A stretch of DNA of 64,000 nt from an uncultured Desulfarculus sp. (lineage in GTDB: Bacteria; Desulfobacterota; Desulfarculia; Desulfarculales; Desulfarculaceae): positions 1,856,001 to 1,920,000 of the forward strand of contig CAXXUK010000001.1 in assembly GCA_963665125.2 (NCBI GenBank). Reading direction: 5' to 3'. The translations under genes and the position numbers were made by a program. Position 1 is the stretch's first letter; every line of letters starts with the position of its first letter. This document shows positions 1 through 9,361 of this stretch, piece by piece. Below the pieces are notes generated by a model. The model was given only the letters and a program-made list of their open reading frames with translations, searched no databases and had not been told where the DNA came from.

Positions 1-1747
1 GAAGACCGCCAATAGAAACTCGGCGCCCCGACGTAAAAAGTCCGCGGCCAACAGCGCCGCCAACCAGCCATTAGCGAGGCTGCAACCTCCCCGACCCGCG
101 GCGGCCCCGGCCAAGTCCGCCGATCTGCTGGAGGCCCAACGGCTGGCGGCCGCGGAACCCGGCAACCGCGATGCCTGGCAAAAGCTGGCTTCTTTGTGCA
201 TGAAGGACGGACACTATTCCGAAGCTGCCGAAGCCTTCAAACGTATGACCGAATTGGCTCCCGACGAACCCGGCCTGTTCAACGATCTGGCCACCGCCCT
301 GGCCATGGTCCAAAGGATGCCCGAGGCCAGAAGGGCCCAGGCCCAGGCCGTGCGCATCGCCCCACACAACATCAAATACAAGGCCAACTTGGCTAAAATA
401 ATGATCATGCAGGAAGACTTCTTTGGCGCCCACGACCTGATCAAGGAACTGATGCCCCAGGCCGAAGGCAAGCGGGCCGAGGAGTTGCGTTCGCTTTTGG
501 AGATGTGCGACAACGTTATAAATGAAGTCTCATCCCTCGACTCCGCGCCCGCACCGAGTGAGGCCCCGGCTGTGGCGGTCCCGCCGCGACCCGATCCCTT
601 TGCCAGCCGCCGGGCCGTGGAGCCGACCAACGATCCGCTGAATATCCTGTTCGTCCAGGAGGCGCCCTGCATCCGCAATTACAAAACCGCCACGGCCTTG
701 CGGTCCAAGGGACACAAGGTCACCCTGGCCTACACCAAGGCCCTGTTGTCCCAGATGTACAAGGGCCTCAGCGACGATGTCTACACCGCCTGCATCAAGC
801 TGGCCGATGACAGGCAGCTCTGGGACCTAAGCGCCCGCTACGACATAGTCCACTGCCACAATGAGCCGGATGTGCTGACCGTGGCGTCCTTGGCCGGTGC
901 CGCCCCAGTTATCCACGACACCCACGACCTGATTTCCCTGCGGGCCAACGGCGATCCAAGCCTGACCTTTTTTGAAGGCATGGCCAACCGGGGGGCACAC
1001 GGCCGTGTCTACACCACGCCATATCAAAAGGAAGTCGCGGCCGACCTCTATGCCGTGGATGGCCCTTCCCTGGTTTTTTACAACTATACCTCGGCAGGCG
1101 ACCTGCCCAAGCGAATGCTGCCAAAGCTTTCGGCCAGAGACGGTCAGACCCACATTGTCTACGAAGGAGGTATAGGTGGAAACGGCCACAGGGATTTCAT
1201 CAGCCTTTTCGTCAACTTGTCCCAAAACGGCGTGCATGTGCACATCTATCCGGTACACTTCGACCCAGCCATGGCCCAGGCCTTCCAGCAGATCGCCAAC
1301 ATCCACTATCACGAGCCGGTGTCGCCCAAAGAGGTAATGGAGCAGATGACCCAATACGACATGGGCATCATTCCGTTCAACATCGTCAAGGGCAACAAGA
1401 AGTTCCTGGACTCGACCATCGCCAACAAGCTGTTCGAGTACCTTGCGGCCGGGCTACCCGTATTTGCCTCGCCACTGCAAAGCTATCTGGATTATTTCTC
1501 CGAAAATCCGGTCGGCAAGGTCTTTCACGATGCGGGTGAAATCCTGGACTCGCTGGACGAAATGCGCCGCATAGCCCAGGCAACGGACCTGCAAGCCTAC
1601 GCCCGGACATACGAGGGTGAGGTAGACAGGCTGGATAGATTCTATCGCCAGGTTATCGCCCAGTACCGGCGTGATCACGAGGCAACCGATTACATACCGG
1701 TGTTGCAGAGGCAAAAAGAAACCACGGCCGCCGGCTCCTGGGCCTAG
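1..1747 (+). CDS. TPR-repeat + GT4-like (GT-B fold) glycosyltransferase fusion; 5' end lies upstream of the window
   Basis: Frame is open from position 2 (KTANRNSAPRRKK...). TPR-like helices (DAWQKLASLCMKDGHYSEAAEAFKR), a Pro/Ala linker, then NILFVQ...HDTHD...ANKLFEYLAAGLPV GT-B C-terminal motif. Confidence 0.85.
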   Translation, partial: KTANRNSAPRRKKSAANSAANQPLARLQPPRPAAAPAKSADLLEAQRLAAAEPGNRDAWQKLASLCMKDGHYSEAAEAFKRMTELAPDEPGLFNDLATALAMVQRMPEARRAQAQAVRIAPHNIKYKANLAKIMIMQEDFFGAHDLIKELMPQAEGKRAEELRSLLEMCDNVINEVSSLDSAPAPSEAPAVAVPPRPDPFASRRAVEPTNDPLNILFVQEAPCIRNYKTATALRSKGHKVTLAYTKALLSQMYKGLSDDVYTACIKLADDRQLWDLSARYDIVHCHNEPDVLTVASLAGAAPVIHDTHDLISLRANGDPSLTFFEGMANRGAHGRVYTTPYQKEVAADLYAVDGPSLVFYNYTSAGDLPKRMLPKLSARDGQTHIVYEGGIGGNGHRDFISLFVNLSQNGVHVHIYPVHFDPAMAQAFQQIANIHYHEPVSPKEVMEQMTQYDMGIIPFNIVKGNKKFLDSTIANKLFEYLAAGLPVFASPLQSYLDYFSENPVGKVFHDAGEILDSLDEMRRIAQATDLQAYARTYEGEVDRLDRFYRQVIAQYRRDHEATDYIPVLQRQKETTAAGSWA

Positions 1748-2940
1748 CCAGAGCCGGCCACGCCCCGGTCTCCCCGCAACAGCCCGTTGACGTATTCGGC
1801 GATGGCCAGGCAACTGGTCAGGCCGGGGCTGTCTATACCCAGCAGGTTTATGCAGCGGGGCTCGGTGTCGTCGCGCCCAATGACCCAGTCCTGGTGACCG
1901 GCCAGCCGGGCCTGGATGCCCACCTGGTAGGGCTGTAAATCATCGGACGCCAGTTGCGGAAAAAAGCCTTGCACCTGCCCGGCGAAATCCGCGTTTGGAC
2001 GCATCACGCCGCCATAGTCGTTTTTACTTTTTGCCGCGAAATTCAGCGGCCCCACGCTGACTGCGTCGGCCATGCGCCAATGCCCCGTGGCGTCGGCCGG
2101 TTCCACGGTGGGGGTCAGGTGCACGCCCACGGTCCAATACACGCCGCCGGGCAGTTCCACCCTGTGGGGCGTGGGGTATACGTTCATGCGTCCGGCCTCC
2201 AATGCAGGCCGTTTGCCCCGCCAGAACCACATGGCCTCGCCGCGCATGGGGTCGATGCAATACGGCGATGCCGGGTTGACCAGCCTGGCCACCTCGTCGC
2301 TGAACAGGCCGCCGCAGTTGATCAATAGGTCGGCGGCCAATTCGTCAATCGCGCCGTCGGGTCTGCGCACGCCCAGGATCAGGGCATCGGCCCGCCGCTC
2401 CACGGCGCAAAGCTCGGCGTCCGTCACGAAAACCGCCCCGGCGGCCTCGGCGTTTGCGTGCAGGCTGCGCACCAATGACGTGGGTTCGATGACGCCGGAC
2501 TCGCTGGCCAATAGAGCCAGTTGGCACAGCGCGTTGGGCTCCAGGGCGGCGGCCTCGTCTTTTTCGATGATCCGGGTCGGCGCTTCGTTGATTGCCGCCC
2601 GCTGGTGGTACATCTCCAGCACCCGGCGGTCCGCCTCGCTGTGGCCCACCACCAGTTTGCCGCACTTGAAATGGGGCACCTTATGGGCTTGGCAATAGCC
2701 ATGGAGCATGGCCGCGCCCCTGGCGCAAAGTGCGGCCTTGAGGGGACGGGTTTCCCGGTCATAGTAGATGCCCGCGTGGATCACCCCGGAGTTGCGCGAC
2801 GACTGGTTTTCGCCCCGGCTGACACCGGCGTTTTTCTCCAGCACCATGACCTGACGGCCCGCCTTGGCCAGGGTGCGGGCCATGGCGCAGCCCAGGGCTC
2901 CCGCGCCCACGATCACTATTTCAACGCCTTGATCCGCCAA
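1744..2940 (-). CDS. FAD-dependent oxidoreductase, L-2-hydroxyglutarate oxidase/DAO family
   Basis: IVIVGAGALG Rossmann motif, QSSRNSGVIHAGIYY, C-terminal GIDSPGLTSCLAIA. Confidence 0.85.
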   Translation of the reverse strand: MADQGVEIVIVGAGALGCAMARTLAKAGRQVMVLEKNAGVSRGENQSSRNSGVIHAGIYYDRETRPLKAALCARGAAMLHGYCQAHKVPHFKCGKLVVGHSEADRRVLEMYHQRAAINEAPTRIIEKDEAAALEPNALCQLALLASESGVIEPTSLVRSLHANAEAAGAVFVTDAELCAVERRADALILGVRRPDGAIDELAADLLINCGGLFSDEVARLVNPASPYCIDPMRGEAMWFWRGKRPALEAGRMNVYPTPHRVELPGGVYWTVGVHLTPTVEPADATGHWRMADAVSVGPLNFAAKSKNDYGGVMRPNADFAGQVQGFFPQLASDDLQPYQVGIQARLAGHQDWVIGRDDTEPRCINLLGIDSPGLTSCLAIAEYVNGLLRGDRGVAGSG

Positions 2941-3029
2941 ACAACCATCTCCGCCGGCCGGACACTATTACCGCAAAAGGCAATTATTGCCCATACAACC
3001 AAGGGCCCTGCACCAGATATTCAACTATA

Positions 3030-3042
3030 TATCAACATCTTG
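3030..3042 (+). promoter_or_regulatory. IHF binding site
   Basis: TATCAACATCTTG matches WATCAANNNNTTR and sits 14 nt upstream of a sigma54 promoter. Confidence 0.6.
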
Positions 3043-3056
3043 GCAGCAAAGCTCCA

Positions 3057-3072
3057 TGGCACGCCATTTGCT
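3057..3072 (+). promoter_or_regulatory. sigma54 (-24/-12) promoter of the GT2 gene
   Basis: TGGCACGCCATTTGCT matches TGGCACGNNNNTTGCW exactly; 40 nt upstream of the ATG at 3113. Confidence 0.85.
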
Positions 3073-3112
3073 TCGATTCACATGCGACTACTTTTTCGAC
3101 CACGGAGACGCC

Positions 3113-4003
3113 ATGGCTGCCGAAATTTCGACTCCGACCTCCCCGCAGGTGAGCATCATCATACCTGTTTTCAACCGGGCGCGGTATACCCTCAAATGTC
3201 TGCAAGCCCTGGCGGCAAACACGGCGTACGACAATTTCGAGTTGATCTTGGTGGACAACGCCTCCAGCGACGAGACGCCTCAGCTTCTGGCTTCGCTGAG
3301 CGGCGACGTCAAGACCATCCGCAACGAGGAAAACCTGGGTTTCGCCAAGGCCTGCAACCAGGGTGCCGAGGCAGCCGCCGGCGGCCTGCTGCTTTTTCTG
3401 AACAACGACACCGAGCCCCGGCCCGGCTGGTTGGAGGCCATGGTTCAGGCCATGGACAGCGCACCGGAAGTGCATGTCGTGGGTAACAAGCTGCTCTACC
3501 CCAACGGCACCATCCAACACGCCGGGGTGGCCTTCCGCCCAGACGGCGTACCCTATCATATTTTCAAATGCCTGCCCGCCGACCACCCGGCGGTGAACAG
3601 CATGGAAAGGTATCAGGCCGTAACCGCGGCCTGCATGCTGGTGCGCCGCGAAACTTTCTTCGACCTGGGCTGCTTTGACGAGGCCTATCAAAACGGCTAC
3701 GAGGACATGGACTTCTGTATGAAGGTGACCACCTCGGGCGGCGGCATAGTCTACACGCCCCACAGCGTAGTGGTGCATCACGAGAGCATCAGCCAGGGCC
3801 GCAAGGCCAAGGACGGCGAAAACCGCTTTCTTTTCCTCAATCGCTGGATCGACAATATCCGCGTTGATGAAAACGATCATTACAAGCGCTTGGGCATGCA
3901 GCTGGTCTACAGCGAAGATGGCGCCACCTGCACGGCTCACTACCCGGCCGCACCGCACCTGGACCGCACCTTCGCCACCGACATCCAGACGTTGATTCCT
4001 TGA
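3113..4003 (+). CDS. Glycosyltransferase family 2
   Basis: VSIIIPVFN, LVDNASSD, NLGFAKACNQG, LFLNNDT, YEDMDFC motifs. GGAG RBS before ATG 3113; the ORF-track start at 2987 would overlap the promoter. Confidence 0.9.
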   Translation: MAAEISTPTSPQVSIIIPVFNRARYTLKCLQALAANTAYDNFELILVDNASSDETPQLLASLSGDVKTIRNEENLGFAKACNQGAEAAAGGLLLFLNNDTEPRPGWLEAMVQAMDSAPEVHVVGNKLLYPNGTIQHAGVAFRPDGVPYHIFKCLPADHPAVNSMERYQAVTAACMLVRRETFFDLGCFDEAYQNGYEDMDFCMKVTTSGGGIVYTPHSVVVHHESISQGRKAKDGENRFLFLNRWIDNIRVDENDHYKRLGMQLVYSEDGATCTAHYPAAPHLDRTFATDIQTLIP

Positions 4004-4010
4004 GCAAAAC

Positions 4011-5234
4011 TCAGCCCAATATGCTGTTATAGATGTCCAAGTAATCTCTAGCATCGTCCATGATCGTGTGCGGCGGACGCACCTTTCGGGCCATGTTCCG
4101 CAGGCGTTCGGGTTTGGCCACCAATCCGTTGACAATGTCCCAAAGCCCCCGCCAGTCGCCCGGATCGAAGAGCAGGCCGTTTTCACCGGGCACGATGGCC
4201 TCGGGTATGCCGCCGGTGTTGCTGGCAATGATCGGCTTGCCCGCGAACAAGGCCTCCCGGGCCACAAGGCAATATGATTCCACCATCGATGGAACGATCA
4301 CCGCATCGCAACCGGCCAGGATGCGGCCCCGGTCGCCGGGCTCATAGCCCCCTTCGTAGCTGATCTTGTCCGGATGGGCCTTGACGGTGCGAAGCACGGT
4401 TTCCAGGTATTGCTCGTTGTAGGATTTGCCGTATATCCGCAAACGGCAGCCGTCCAGGGAGGCAAAGGCCCTGGCCGCGATGTGGGCGCCCTTGTTGGGC
4501 GTCATGCCGCCCATGAACACGAATTCCAGCTTGTCGTCTTTGCGTGGCGGGGCTTCGGCAAGGGGGAACGGCATGATCCCGGCGGGCAGCGGGCGCATAT
4601 TGGGCGCGCCGTAGCCGTCGGCTACCAAAGTTTCGTATAAATAACGGCTCACGCACAGCACCTGGCGGGGCAGAGTCACGATCCGGCGGTGAAAATCCCG
4701 GCGCAGTTCGTGGAACTTGATCAGTTCATCCCGCCTGCCGGGGTCGCCCTCCACGTCCACGAACTCGGCCAGGCACTCCAGACAGGTCTCGTCGCCGTGG
4801 CCCGGGCAGGGTTGCATGCCCGGCTTCTGGCGAAATGTATAGTGGCAGCTCAGCCAGAAGTCGTGCAGGGTCATTACGGAGGGTATGCCGTATTGCTCGG
4901 CCAGGGGCAGGACCTCGCCGCTGAACTTGATCAGATGCTGGGCGTGGATCAGGTCCACCCCGCGCTGGCGGGCTATCTGGACCACCACATTGGCCGCGCT
5001 TTTGTTGACGATGCGCTCATAGGCCGAACGGCGCTCGGGCAGATCCACGGTCATCACCGGCAGGCCGCCGATGTCGAACAGCTCCACATCCATGGAGCCG
5101 GTCTTGTGAAGGGGGTGGATCACCTCGATCTCGACGCCCAAACCCCGCAGGGCTAGGCTCAGGGCCAAAGTGTAGTTTTCCGTGCCCGCCCAAGAGTGCG
5201 GCGGAAAGTTGTGAACCACCTGGAGTATCTTCAT
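4011..5234 (-). CDS. Glycosyltransferase family 4
   Basis: MKILQVVHNFPP..GTENY, TLHDFW, ESYCLVAREA..GKPIIASNTGGIPE. Confidence 0.9.
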   Translation of the reverse strand: MKILQVVHNFPPHSWAGTENYTLALSLALRGLGVEIEVIHPLHKTGSMDVELFDIGGLPVMTVDLPERRSAYERIVNKSAANVVVQIARQRGVDLIHAQHLIKFSGEVLPLAEQYGIPSVMTLHDFWLSCHYTFRQKPGMQPCPGHGDETCLECLAEFVDVEGDPGRRDELIKFHELRRDFHRRIVTLPRQVLCVSRYLYETLVADGYGAPNMRPLPAGIMPFPLAEAPPRKDDKLEFVFMGGMTPNKGAHIAARAFASLDGCRLRIYGKSYNEQYLETVLRTVKAHPDKISYEGGYEPGDRGRILAGCDAVIVPSMVESYCLVAREALFAGKPIIASNTGGIPEAIVPGENGLLFDPGDWRGLWDIVNGLVAKPERLRNMARKVRPPHTIMDDARDYLDIYNSILG

Positions 5235-5326
5235 AAACAGCTCATGAGCAAAAGTCTCGACAACGGCCAGCGATATTGGGCTATATTACGGCACATGTCC
5301 GGTTTAACGCAAAGGAAGGTGCGCCA

Positions 5327-6568
5327 TTGCTGCGGATTGTGATCCACGGCCGAATCCCCCAAGAGTTGCAAAGGCAATACGAACAGACCCTGGACCACGA
5401 TCTGCCCCGGGAGGCCAAGGCCCTCCCGCCGGTGCGCGTCAGCTTCAGCAACGACGAGCCGGAGCTGTTGCGCGCCCTGAACAAGCGGCCCGCGCACATG
5501 TTTGTCAGCATCGGCCCCCAGCCCGCGCCCCTGGCCCTATTGCCCCTGCACCACCGCCGCCGTTGGGCCCACTTTGACCAGCCGCCCTCACCGGCGGACC
5601 TGCTACGGGTGATCCACGAGACATATCTGAGCTACGCCCTGTTCCCGTCCTGCGTGGAAAACGCCCAGCCCCTGGTTTCGGTTTACACGCCCACCTACAA
5701 CCCCGGCCCGTTCCTGCTGGAGGCCTATGACTCGCTGAAAAGCCAGACCTACGGCAACTGGGAGTGGATTATCGTCGACGACGGCTCCATTGACGGAACC
5801 AAGCGCACCCTGCGTGAGCTGTCGGAACTAGACCACCGGGTGCGGGTCTACTTTCCCCAGCGCGCGGGCCAAGCCAACATCGGCCTGATCAAGCGCACCT
5901 GCACGGGCCTGTGCCTGGGCGAGATCCTGGTGGAGTTGGACCACGACGACCTGCTCACAGGCGACTGCCTGGCCGAGGTGGCCGGGGCGTTCGCGGCCGA
6001 CCCGGATCTGGGCATGGTCCACTCAAACTTCGCCGAGTTTTACCCCGACGGCTCTGCCCACACCTATCCCGAATGGGTCGACCGGGGCCGCTACCGTCAA
6101 ACCGAATACCGGGGGCGCGCCTATGCCGAGGCCCTGGCCTACGACGTGTACGGCGATGTTTACGGCGCCGGGCCGGTCATCCAGCACATGGCCGTATGCC
6201 CCAACCACGTGCGGGCCTTCCGGGCCTCGGAACTGTGGCGCATCGGCGGCTACAACCCTGACCTGACCCTGGCCGACGACTATGACCTGATGATCCGCAT
6301 GTTCGTGCACAGCAAAATCGGCCATATCCCCAAGATGCTCTATCTCTACCGCATCCACGACAACACCTGGAGCAGGTTCAACGACTTTGCCCGCTGGATG
6401 TTCAATATCGTGGAAAAGCGCTGGAGGGTGGAGTTGGAGCGGCGGATAGACGAACTCAAGGCCCGGGGCATGTGGAACCCGGAGCCCCAGGGCGAGTTGC
6501 CGTCCGGTCATCCGGCCCTGGCCAGGGCCGCAGAGGGCGTCAAGGCCCGGGGAATCAAATACCCTTAA
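5327..6568 (+). CDS. Glycosyltransferase family 2 with an extra N-terminal domain
   Basis: LVSVYTPTYN, IIVDDGS, ELDHDD, ADDYDL. Start taken as TTG 5327 after AAGGAAGG; alternative 5276. Confidence 0.85.
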   Translation: MLRIVIHGRIPQELQRQYEQTLDHDLPREAKALPPVRVSFSNDEPELLRALNKRPAHMFVSIGPQPAPLALLPLHHRRRWAHFDQPPSPADLLRVIHETYLSYALFPSCVENAQPLVSVYTPTYNPGPFLLEAYDSLKSQTYGNWEWIIVDDGSIDGTKRTLRELSELDHRVRVYFPQRAGQANIGLIKRTCTGLCLGEILVELDHDDLLTGDCLAEVAGAFAADPDLGMVHSNFAEFYPDGSAHTYPEWVDRGRYRQTEYRGRAYAEALAYDVYGDVYGAGPVIQHMAVCPNHVRAFRASELWRIGGYNPDLTLADDYDLMIRMFVHSKIGHIPKMLYLYRIHDNTWSRFNDFARWMFNIVEKRWRVELERRIDELKARGMWNPEPQGELPSGHPALARAAEGVKARGIKYP

Positions 6569-8139
6569 TCAGCCAAAGTGCGCGCAGCATGGCCCGCCAC
6601 GGCCGACACCTGTTGCCACAGTGCCTTTTGCAGCCGGACCTGTTTTGCCGGTTCGGGCTCGTCCAGGCTTGCCAGGCGGTGGGTCAGGTAGATGGCCAGG
6701 GGCTTGACCAGCGGCTCGCGCAGGCCCAGGGCCCGGACCTCGGCGCCCAGGGCGTTGAGCCGGGACAAAGCTCCCTGGGCCTTGTTGGCGGGGGCCTTTC
6801 CGCTGATGGCCTTTTGGATCGTCTCCAGGGCTTCACAGGCCTGAGCGGCCAGATCGACGAACTCCGCCAGGGAGGCCGGTTCCTGAATTGATTGCCGATC
6901 ATTGCGCGGCGCACGCAGGGACGCGCCGGGCCGCAGCACGGCCAGCCAGGCCCCGCGCATGGCCCCATGAGCCCGCTCCAGGGGGTCGGGGCGCAGGGCC
7001 CGCCAGTCCAGCCGGCCGTCGTCGGCCATGAACGCCTGATAAAACCGGGCCTTGCTGCCTTGGGGCAATTCAAACTCGCCGCCCAACACCACATCAAAGG
7101 CGGCCATGGCGTCGGCCGGGGTTATGGTCCGCCAGCAATCCATGTGGCCGCATTGGACCGAGTTGAGGCACGGGGCGCAATCCAGATCAGCCTCCAGGAC
7201 GATATTGCCGGAGCGATACGGCCCGGTGGCCCGGAATTGGGCCTTGCCCAGGCTGACGGCCACGGTGGGCAGGCCCACGGCCGAGGCCAAGTGGATAGTG
7301 CCGGTGTCATTGCTGATCAGGGCCCGGCAGCGCCCCAACAGGGCCACCAATACGCCGATGTCGGTTCGCCCGGCGACCATCACCGCAGCGGGGCCGATGC
7401 CGGCGGCGACCTGGGCGGCCAGGGTTTGCTCATGGGCCGCCCCGGTCAGGACCGGGCGAAAGCCCCGCCGGACCAGTTCGCGGCCCACGGTAATGAAATT
7501 TTCAGCGGGCCATCGGCGGTCGTGCTTGCCCGCCCCGGCCTGCAAGGCCACCAAAAGCTCATCAGGCCCCACGCCCATCTCGGCCAGCAGCGACGCGGCG
7601 TTTTGGCGGTCCTGCCCCTTGACGAAAAATTGCAGGCCCGGCGTCGGCGGCCGCACCCCGGCGGCCAGGCAGTGCAGATCGGCCATGTGCAGGGCGTTGA
7701 GGGCCGGTTCGTCGATGAAGTTGTGATAATAGGCGGGCCAGTCGCCACGCATGACCATGGCCCCGGCAGATGTGAGGTCGGAGCCGATGACCTGGGGCCC
7801 CCTGGTCAGAAAACTCAGGGCCGCAGCCAGTTCATTGAAGCAGGGGTTGAAAACCAGGTCATAGCCGGGGATCAACCCTTCGGTAAAACGGGCCAATCCG
7901 GCCAGGGTCAGCACCGTGGCCTGGGCCTCCTCGGGCTGGTTGGCGGCTTGGTAAAATTGCACATAGGGAAAGGCGATGTATCCGTCCACCGCCGGGTTGC
8001 CTTCGAGTACACGCTTGAATGGCTGATTGGCCAGAACATCGATTTGGGCGTCCGGATAGGCGCTACGCAGACCGGCCAGCAGCGGTGCACACAGGGCCAG
8101 GTCGCCCAGGGCCAGGGTCTGGATCAGAAGGATGCGCAT
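6565..8139 (-). CDS. Glycosyltransferase family 9 (heptosyltransferase-like) with C-terminal extension
   Basis: MRILLIQTLALGDL, RRWP, LISNDTGTIHLASAVG, CAPC..C..C motifs. Confidence 0.88.
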   Translation of the reverse strand: MRILLIQTLALGDLALCAPLLAGLRSAYPDAQIDVLANQPFKRVLEGNPAVDGYIAFPYVQFYQAANQPEEAQATVLTLAGLARFTEGLIPGYDLVFNPCFNELAAALSFLTRGPQVIGSDLTSAGAMVMRGDWPAYYHNFIDEPALNALHMADLHCLAAGVRPPTPGLQFFVKGQDRQNAASLLAEMGVGPDELLVALQAGAGKHDRRWPAENFITVGRELVRRGFRPVLTGAAHEQTLAAQVAAGIGPAAVMVAGRTDIGVLVALLGRCRALISNDTGTIHLASAVGLPTVAVSLGKAQFRATGPYRSGNIVLEADLDCAPCLNSVQCGHMDCWRTITPADAMAAFDVVLGGEFELPQGSKARFYQAFMADDGRLDWRALRPDPLERAHGAMRGAWLAVLRPGASLRAPRNDRQSIQEPASLAEFVDLAAQACEALETIQKAISGKAPANKAQGALSRLNALGAEVRALGLREPLVKPLAIYLTHRLASLDEPEPAKQVRLQKALWQQVSAVAGHAARTLAD

Positions 8140-8342
8140 CAGTCTTGCCGCACCCGCAGATAGTCCAGCATGATCACGCAGGCGGCCAGGCGGTTCAGAG
8201 GCCTGCCCGGCTCGGCCAGGGCCCTGAGCACGCTCAGGGTGGCCGGGGTCTGGGGCGGCAAGCCATCCAACAACTGGGCAAGGTGCTCGTCGGCAGCGGA
8301 TACCTGGCCCACGGTGGGCATTTGTCTGGGCTTGTCGTTCAC
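8139..8342 (-). CDS. Small hypothetical protein (67 aa)
   Basis: GTG start overlaps the TAXI stop (GTGA) and its TGA overlaps the GT9 ATG (TGATG); it fills the gap exactly. Confidence 0.6.
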   Translation of the reverse strand: MNDKPRQMPTVGQVSAADEHLAQLLDGLPPQTPATLSVLRALAEPGRPLNRLAACVIMLDYLRVRQD

Positions 8343-9361
8343 TTGGCCTGAGCCCGCTGGCTCTGGGGCAGGATCAGGCCCTGCTCCTGATAATAGCGCA
8401 ATGCCCCCTTGTGCAGAGGCAGGGGCAGGCCCCGCAGGGCGTTGTTCAGGCAGATGTGGCGTCCCATGGGATGGGCTCCCGTGAGATAATATTCGTGGGT
8501 CATCAGAACCCGCAGCAGATCGTGGACCACCTGCTCCGGCAAAGAAGCGTCGCAGACCAGGAGATTGGGCTGGGCAATGGTGTGGACGTCCTTTTTTTGG
8601 CCCGGATAGGTGTCCGCCGGAATTACATAGCGGAATCCCGGATAAAACGTGTTGTTGTTGATCGCAGCTATTTGGGCCTCGCTGAATTGCAGGATAACCG
8701 GCTTGTGTTTGCCCGCCTTGAAGATATCGGTCACCGCTGCGCTGGGTGGCCCCGAGCCCAAATTCGCGCCCTGGGCCTTGCCGCTCTTAAAGGCATTGGC
8801 AGCATCTTCATACCCCATGTACAGGGGCTTGATGTCGTTTATGGTCAGGCCCAGGCCTTTCATGATCTCCAGGCCGCTTTGGGTCGTGCCGCTGTTTTGC
8901 TTGCCCAGGACAAAGCTGAGCCCCTTGATGTCCAGGGGCGTGCCGCTTTTGACCTTGCCGCCGTCAATGACAAAATGTTCAACATTGGGCCAGAGCATGC
9001 AAATGGCCCGCAGGTTCGTTTTAGGAGCATCCTTGTACGGCCCCAGCCCCCGCCAGGCCATTTTACCGAACATGCCCTGGATTATTGCCAGTTGGGCCTC
9101 GTTGCCCAGCATTTCCAGATTTTGTTTACTTCCGGCGGTGTCGATCACCTTACAGTAAATGCTTTTACTCTCAAGGCGGTCGTTCCACAGTTTGGCCATG
9201 GCCAAGCCCATGTGATAAAACGTGCCGCCGTTTGTAGCGGTGGCCAGGGTCAAAATCAGCGGCTTGTCCTTGGTTTGGTCCGCCAGCGCCGGTCCTCCAA
9301 GGGCAAGGCACATACAACACACCGATAAAACAAATGCAATTACCTTTTTTTTATGAATCAT
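8339..9361 (-). CDS. TAXI-family TRAP solute-binding protein
   Basis: Signal peptide, LATATNGGTFY, TAGSKQNL, GKQNSGT, IPADTYPGQ, PLHKGALRYYQE. Confidence 0.9.
   Translation of the reverse strand: MIHKKKVIAFVLSVCCMCLALGGPALADQTKDKPLILTLATATNGGTFYHMGLAMAKLWNDRLESKSIYCKVIDTAGSKQNLEMLGNEAQLAIIQGMFGKMAWRGLGPYKDAPKTNLRAICMLWPNVEHFVIDGGKVKSGTPLDIKGLSFVLGKQNSGTTQSGLEIMKGLGLTINDIKPLYMGYEDAANAFKSGKAQGANLGSGPPSAAVTDIFKAGKHKPVILQFSEAQIAAINNNTFYPGFRYVIPADTYPGQKKDVHTIAQPNLLVCDASLPEQVVHDLLRVLMTHEYYLTGAHPMGRHICLNNALRGLPLPLHKGALRYYQEQGLILPQSQRAQAK

Noticed and set aside
9345..9352. A8 run at the start of the TAXI gene as a phase-variation tract
   Set aside because: It encodes the Lys residues of a normal signal peptide and the frame is intact.
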